DNA from: Candidatus Krumholzibacteriota bacterium
Lineage (GTDB): Bacteria; Krumholzibacteriota; Krumholzibacteriia; JAJRXK01
Direction: 5' to 3'
Length of the DNA: 64,000 nt
NCBI GenBank assembly: GCA_963727455.1
Contig: CAVSGG010000005.1
Location: forward strand, 320,001-384,000
Shown here: one piece after another, positions 58,744-64,000 of the stretch
Position numbering within the stretch: position 1 is the stretch's first letter
How the letters are laid out: each line of letters begins with the position of its first letter
Translations under genes and position numbers: made by a program
The notes under the pieces: model-generated
Database searches by the model: none
The model's input: only the letters and a program-made list of their open reading frames with translations
Told to the model about the DNA's origin: nothing

Positions 58744-59709
58744 ATGCGCTGGCGCGTCACCCTCTGGTTTCCTCTCGCAGCTCTGCTCTTGGGCGCCTGC
58801 GGGGACGCGCCTCCGCCGCGTCTCTATGGCCTGGCGAAATTGGATGCGCCCGCTCCACGCGAATTTCAATTCGAAGGCGCGCTGGAGAACCGGAGGTCCG
58901 AACCCTACGCACCCCTGATGCAAATATCAGCCGTCGCCGTACTGCCGGACGGTCGCATGTTTTTTTCCGACATCGGGAGTGGACGCATTCACCGCTTCGA
59001 CAAAGACGGCGAGTATCTGGGAGCGGTGGATCGCCCTTCGGTCGGTTTTGCTCCCTTGGACCTTGCCACTCTTGGCTTTCACCTCTACGCACTCGATCGG
59101 AGCGAACAGAAGGTCTATCGCTTCAACCGAGACGGGGTATTGCGCGACATGGTGCTCGACCTCAATGCGCTCGATCTGGATCGGCCGGTGCGAATTTCCG
59201 CATTCGACTTCGACCGTGACGGACGCTTGGCACTCGCGGACGTGGCGGGACATCGGGTCCTGGTCACCAGCCCCTTCCTGAAGTTCGATTATTCCGTCGG
59301 TGAGTACGGCCAATTCCTGGGACAGTTGAACCAGCCGGACGGCGTGTGTTTCGGTCCCAGCGGTTTTCTCTACGTTTCTGACAAGGGCAACTCGAGAGTC
59401 GAAGTGTTCGACGAAACTGGTCAAGTTCTGGCGGCGACTCCGGGGCTCGAAGCGGTCCACCCGCTGATGGTCGCGCCGGCCGGTCTCGATACGGATCGTT
59501 TCGGGAACGTCTACGTCACGGACGCCGGAATGGGTGTGGTCCACGTCCTGGCGCCCGACCTCCACTACCTGACGGCGGTGGGAGGCGATGAGTTCGCCTC
59601 CGACCACTTGCGGTCCCCGGTGGACTGTGTGGTGGGGCCGGACGATCGACTCTACGTGATAGATGCGGGTCGAAACGCCCTGCTCGTCTATCGAATCGTC
59701 TTCCCCTGA
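58744..59709 (+). CDS. NHL-repeat beta-propeller lipoprotein
   Basis: Lipobox LLGA-C; repeats LNQPDGV..GPSG.LYVSDKGNSRV, PAGLDTD..GNVYVTD, P.D..VGPDDRLYVID. Confidence 0.85.
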   Translation: MRWRVTLWFPLAALLLGACGDAPPPRLYGLAKLDAPAPREFQFEGALENRRSEPYAPLMQISAVAVLPDGRMFFSDIGSGRIHRFDKDGEYLGAVDRPSVGFAPLDLATLGFHLYALDRSEQKVYRFNRDGVLRDMVLDLNALDLDRPVRISAFDFDRDGRLALADVAGHRVLVTSPFLKFDYSVGEYGQFLGQLNQPDGVCFGPSGFLYVSDKGNSRVEVFDETGQVLAATPGLEAVHPLMVAPAGLDTDRFGNVYVTDAGMGVVHVLAPDLHYLTAVGGDEFASDHLRSPVDCVVGPDDRLYVIDAGRNALLVYRIVFP

Positions 59710-59723
59710 GAGGGGACGGGCCC

Positions 59724-62700
59724 GTGCCCAGACGATCCCTCTTGATTCTCTGCGGGTTCTTCTCCCTGGCGCTTCCTAGGCTCGCCTGGGGCGGTCCGGT
59801 TTCCTTGCCGCTCTCGTTGTGGTCCACGGCCGCAGGCGATTCCAACGCGATTGATTGGTTGGACGCAACTCAGCTGGCCACCGGCAGCGACAGTTTCACG
59901 GTCGAGCCGGGGCAGCTGCGATTTGTTCTGTCCACGAGTCATCTTGTCGATCCGGTGAATGTCTCCTGGAACGGCCAGCCGCTACGAGCTCTCCAGGATT
60001 TCGAGCTCGATCGTGCGCGCGGCGTGGTCGTCTTGCTGCATCCCCGAGCCAAGGCCGGCATCTTGCGCGTCGACTATCACTTCGATCCTGTCGCCGCCCC
60101 TCCCCGTGTGCAACTTCATCCCATGCTGCGTCAGGCCGAGCTGGGGGAAGAGCCGGAAGGAGAAGGGACGCCGGGATCCGGGACTCAGGCCACGGAAGGG
60201 TTCGCCGAAGCGGCAACGGCCTCCAGCCCGGGACTCTCGGTCAGCGGATCCAAGACCGTTTCGGTTCAGGGCGGAACCAACCGGGATGCCACCGTCGATC
60301 AGGGTCTGCATCTGGCCGTCAACGGTCAGCTCACCGACAATACCTTCGTGCGCGCTGAGATCTCTGACGAGAACCTCCCGATCACTCCAGAGGGCAATAC
60401 CGAACAGCTCAAGGACATCGATCAAGTGCGGATCGAGATCTACGGGAGTGGAGGCAGGGCGCTCCTGGGGGACTTCGAGATCGATCAACCCTTGGGAGTC
60501 TACGTTCCCTATCAGCGAAAGCTACAGGGCTTGTGGTTGCACGGACGTCAATCGATCGGCAGCGCAACGCTCATGGGAGGTTCCCCTCGCGGCAGGCGAG
60601 TCGAGCTGGAACTGCGCGGACAGGAGGGTGTGCAGGGTCCCTATGAACTTCTCAACGGACTGCGCGAGACCGAGAGCTTCATCATCGCCGGTTCCGAGCG
60701 AGTTTGGTTGGACGGTGCGCGGCAGACCCGCGGGGAGAACCGCGACTACACCATCGATTACGTGCGCGGCACCATCACCTTTACCGAGCTGCGCCCGATC
60801 GGACCGGAAAACCGCATCGCGGTGGATTTCGAGGTCTCCGCCACCGGTTACAGCCGAACCGTGTTGGGGGCGGCGGCGGACAGCTTGTCCCTCGGCCCGA
60901 CTTCGTTTCACCTCTCGTGGATTCTCGAGGCGGACGATCCCGATCGCCCCATTGGAGGACCTCTGAGCGATGAGGACGAACAGGTCCTGCGTGAGGCGGG
61001 AGACAATCCGAACAGAGCCCTCGGAAGCGGGGTCACGCGGGTGGCCGCGGGGGAGGAAGGTACCGGAGACTACCTGAAACGGACGCAAGGCGGGACGGAG
61101 TACTACGTTTTCGCGCCGGGTGATTCTCTTGCCAATTACTTTTTGAGTTTTCAACGCGTCGAAGCGAACCAGGGCGACTACACCCAGAGCGAGATCACCA
61201 AAAAGGGCCAACGAGTGTACGAGTACGTGGGTCCCGGCAAGGGCGAGTTCGTGTTGGGCCGGAGGCTCTCTCTCCCAAGCAAGAGCGAGGCGATCGTCGT
61301 TGGCACCACTCTGGGACAGCGCGGCAATGCGAAGGGATTTCTGGCGGCCGAGGCGGACATGACCCGACGCGATGAAAACGTGCTCAGCCCCCTGGACGAC
61401 GGAAACAACGACGGAGTCGCCTGGAGAGTCGAAGGGGCGAGTCCGTGGATTTTTGGTGGTGGCGAACCATCGGGAGTGAGAATCCGGGGCTTGGCTGAGG
61501 GAATCGGTCCCGAGTTCTATGAGTTCGGTCGCATCCGCGCTCCCTTTTTCTACGACGCGTGGAATCTCCAAGACAACCCGCGTGCACAGCACGAGGGGAG
61601 GGAGCTCGCCGCGTTGACAGCCCGCGCCGCCGAGCGCGAGACGGATGCAAGCGTAGAGAGGCTCCATCGGCACGGCAGCTTTCAAGGGACGCGCGCGCGT
61701 TGGACCGCGGACGGGAGATTGATCGGGCCCCTCGAGTGGCAGCACGACCTCGCGTTCATGTCGCACCGGGGGGAGAGCGGCTCGACGGGTCATCGCCGAA
61801 ACCGTTCGGCCCGGCTCGGGGTGGACTTGGGACGCTTCGAGCCCTTCGTTCGCCTCCGCGACGAGCGCTACGACGAGGGTCCGGCTCGACAAAAGCAGGG
61901 TTATCAGGATCAGGAATGGGGTGTGGGGGTCCTGAGCCGCAATCGCATCGCGAGCGGCCGCTTCGAGTTTCGGCGGCTGCTCGCGGACAGTCTTTCCACT
62001 GAGGGAAGTAGCTGGCGATTCCAACAGGACCTACGGGAATGGAGAGCCGCCGCCGAGGGCCTGGAAGGAGCCTTCCGCTGGAACCTGGACGGAACTTGGC
62101 GTGAGAGCGATCTCGATGGCGGCCAAAAGGAGAGCACGCGCCTCGCACGTATCGGTTTGGGCTTTCGCCCGACGGACCGGCTCTTTGGCGCTGACCTGGA
62201 CTACCGTGCGGGTAACGATCGCTCTCGCGTGATTCAGCGCACTACCATCTTCGTGGGGGAGGGCCAGGGGGACTACGACCAGGAGGGAAATCGGATCGGG
62301 AGGAATCTCGGCGATTACAATGTGGTCTTCAGTCCAAGCGATAGCCTGATCGCAGCGACCGACGTTGAGCTTGCCGCCAAAGTGGACGCGGAATGGCGGG
62401 ACGCCCCGCTAGTCAAGGGGATCTCGTTCAACGGACTGTACAAAGTGAGTGAGCGTTCGCGCAGTGAGGACGTGGGAGGAGTCCTGCGCCTGAAGCCCTC
62501 GTTGCTGCGACAACCCGACACCACGATTTTCGGAGAGGAGCACGTACGCGGTGATTTCGTGTTGCTGCGCCGTGTGCGCAACACGGAACTGCGGTTGACC
62601 TTCGATCAGACGACTCAGCTGGACCGACGCTATACCGTTACCCCCGAGGCGAGTGTGCGCCGCGAGCGTAGCTTCCGGATCGATCGCGAACTTACCCGTG

Positions 62701-63173
62701 GCTTCAACCTACGGCTTGACGGAGGCAATCGGCAGCGAGAGAGGACGGCGGACCCAAACGCCTCCAGCTTTCTGAATTCCTACCAGGTGGATGATCTCTA
62801 CGCCGGGTTGCTGCTGGGTTACCGGGCCACTGCCCGCACTAGAGCCAGTCTGGAGGGACGGGGCACGCGAAGGCGGGACGGCTTCAGCAGCATCTCGCAA
62901 AAGGTGTTGGAGTTCGTGCCGAGTGTCACGTCGGATTTCTTGCGCGCCCGCTGGACAGTGAGCTACCGCTGGGCCGAAGTGAACGAGTCGGGCGGTGATC
63001 CCCTGTTGCGGCCATTCTTCTTTGAGAGACCGGGTAGCAACCAGCGTCTGGCCACGGTGGCGCAGTGGACTTTGGGAAAATCGCTCTCTCTCACCTTCCG
63101 CTACCAGCTCCGTGATGAGCCGCAACGCAAGATGGTTCAGGACCTCAGCGTGGAAACGAGAGCGAGGTTCTGA
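59724..63173 (+). CDS. large outer-membrane beta-barrel protein with SprA-like segments
   Basis: Signal peptide; SGSKT.SV, L.L.VNGQL, ISDENLPITPEGNTEQL..ID, IIAGSERVWLDG...DYTIDYVRGTITF; long amphipathic beta strands; ends ...ETRARF. Confidence 0.6.
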   Translation: MPRRSLLILCGFFSLALPRLAWGGPVSLPLSLWSTAAGDSNAIDWLDATQLATGSDSFTVEPGQLRFVLSTSHLVDPVNVSWNGQPLRALQDFELDRARGVVVLLHPRAKAGILRVDYHFDPVAAPPRVQLHPMLRQAELGEEPEGEGTPGSGTQATEGFAEAATASSPGLSVSGSKTVSVQGGTNRDATVDQGLHLAVNGQLTDNTFVRAEISDENLPITPEGNTEQLKDIDQVRIEIYGSGGRALLGDFEIDQPLGVYVPYQRKLQGLWLHGRQSIGSATLMGGSPRGRRVELELRGQEGVQGPYELLNGLRETESFIIAGSERVWLDGARQTRGENRDYTIDYVRGTITFTELRPIGPENRIAVDFEVSATGYSRTVLGAAADSLSLGPTSFHLSWILEADDPDRPIGGPLSDEDEQVLREAGDNPNRALGSGVTRVAAGEEGTGDYLKRTQGGTEYYVFAPGDSLANYFLSFQRVEANQGDYTQSEITKKGQRVYEYVGPGKGEFVLGRRLSLPSKSEAIVVGTTLGQRGNAKGFLAAEADMTRRDENVLSPLDDGNNDGVAWRVEGASPWIFGGGEPSGVRIRGLAEGIGPEFYEFGRIRAPFFYDAWNLQDNPRAQHEGRELAALTARAAERETDASVERLHRHGSFQGTRARWTADGRLIGPLEWQHDLAFMSHRGESGSTGHRRNRSARLGVDLGRFEPFVRLRDERYDEGPARQKQGYQDQEWGVGVLSRNRIASGRFEFRRLLADSLSTEGSSWRFQQDLREWRAAAEGLEGAFRWNLDGTWRESDLDGGQKESTRLARIGLGFRPTDRLFGADLDYRAGNDRSRVIQRTTIFVGEGQGDYDQEGNRIGRNLGDYNVVFSPSDSLIAATDVELAAKVDAEWRDAPLVKGISFNGLYKVSERSRSEDVGGVLRLKPSLLRQPDTTIFGEEHVRGDFVLLRRVRNTELRLTFDQTTQLDRRYTVTPEASVRRERSFRIDRELTRGFNLRLDGGNRQRERTADPNASSFLNSYQVDDLYAGLLLGYRATARTRASLEGRGTRRRDGFSSISQKVLEFVPSVTSDFLRARWTVSYRWAEVNESGGDPLLRPFFFERPGSNQRLATVAQWTLGKSLSLTFRYQLRDEPQRKMVQDLSVETRARF

Positions 63174-64000
63174 TGACCAAGCGGAGTTGCACATGGGTTT
63201 TCTTCGCGCTCCTCGTGCTCGGAGCAAGCGCTGGCTCAGGTTTAGCGCAGGGGCCGCGTGAGATTCGCGCGCCCATTCTGAGCGCGCCGCCGACGGCGGC
63301 GAGCATCGTGACGAGCGCATTTGCTCGTCCTCCCGCTCTGCGTACGGCACGTGGCTGGGAACGCGACGCTTGGGACGCCCTGCGCAAGGAGGGCTGGTTG
63401 TGGGCCAAAGTCGCTCTCGGAGTTCATGCTGACACCCTCTTCGTCGACGCCGGTCCGCGCGCCCGCATCTTGGAGATCTCATACAGCGGAGCGGACAGCC
63501 TGCAGTGGAGGGTATTCCAGCGAGCCTCAGGCTTCTTCGAGGGTGCGATCTACCGGCCGGGTCACTGGGAGATCGACAGCACACGAGGCCTCCGGGAGTT
63601 GGGCAACAGGGGCTTTGCCTTCGCGAGTCTCACCGTGCGCCGCGTCAAGACCGATCGCGCGGCGGGTGGGGTGCGATTGGATCTCTTGCTTCTGCCGGGC
63701 ACCGCTGCTTCGGTGGGCAAAGTGGTGGTGATGGGAGCCCGGCACACGCGGCCTTCGGTTCTCGCCAAACTCTCCGGTCTTCGCGCCGGTCAGCCTTGGA
63801 GCGAGGAACGTCTTCAGCGAGCGAAGGAGCGTCTGGATGCCAGGGAGGTGGTGAGCGAAGTAGTAGATGCGCAACCCATGCTTTCGGGAGCCCAGCTGGA
63901 TACGGTGGATGTTTTGTTGCGGGTGGAGCAGCCGCCTTCCACCGGACAGCTATCCGCGGCGCTGGGAGTTGCGCAGGGTGACCCCGGACAGGGCACGCGC
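63173..64000 (+). CDS. POTRA-domain Omp85 (BamA/TamA-like) protein, 3' truncated
   Basis: ATG overlaps the previous TGA; signal peptide; POTRA patterns LRKEGWLWAKV, LGNRGFAFA, V.V.GARHTRPSVL...G.PWSEERLQRAKERL; open to the window end (not in ORF track). Confidence 0.75.
   Translation, partial: MTKRSCTWVFFALLVLGASAGSGLAQGPREIRAPILSAPPTAASIVTSAFARPPALRTARGWERDAWDALRKEGWLWAKVALGVHADTLFVDAGPRARILEISYSGADSLQWRVFQRASGFFEGAIYRPGHWEIDSTRGLRELGNRGFAFASLTVRRVKTDRAAGGVRLDLLLLPGTAASVGKVVVMGARHTRPSVLAKLSGLRAGQPWSEERLQRAKERLDAREVVSEVVDAQPMLSGAQLDTVDVLLRVEQPPSTGQLSAALGVAQGDPGQGTR

Noticed and set aside
1-64000. CRISPR arrays, tRNA/rRNA, IS elements, integrases, prophage, inteins
   Set aside because: No repeat-spacer periodicity, cloverleaf, transposase, phage or intein motif was seen by eye

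Overview
Gene-dense, GC-rich chromosomal window (about 45 CDS; no rRNA, tRNA, CRISPR, IS or prophage seen). The host is inferred to be a non-Bacteroidota member of the FCB group (Krumholzibacteriota/Eisenbacteria/Latescibacterota-like). It carries PorU/PorV and PNPF-type C-terminal sorting domains but uses classical TTGACA/TATAAT-like promoters and Shine-Dalgarno sites. Core genes include aceE, etfBA, folK-dNK-panB-panC, tatA, mrfAB, ppiD, dnaE and accA. Main points of interest: (1) a four-gene sphingolipid operon (serine palmitoyltransferase, GNAT ceramide synthase, NAD(P)-dependent reductase, Aur1/IPC-synthase-like PAP2) with a divergent GT4; (2) a roughly 16 kb T9SS-like envelope locus (PorU, PorV, M6 protease with CTD, two DUF5683-like paralogues, one frameshifted at a C7 tract, an NHL lipoprotein, a half-size SprA-like protein and a POTRA/Omp85 protein); (3) a Rho whose RNA-binding OB fold is replaced by an Arg/Asn-rich disordered region; (4) a fungal Lys4-type single-chain homoaconitase; (5) an orphan BoxB-like diiron protein behind a perfect CGAAC-N4-GTTCG LexA-type box; (6) a DnaQ-WYL fusion. 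All calls come from motif recognition by eye; no database searches were run.
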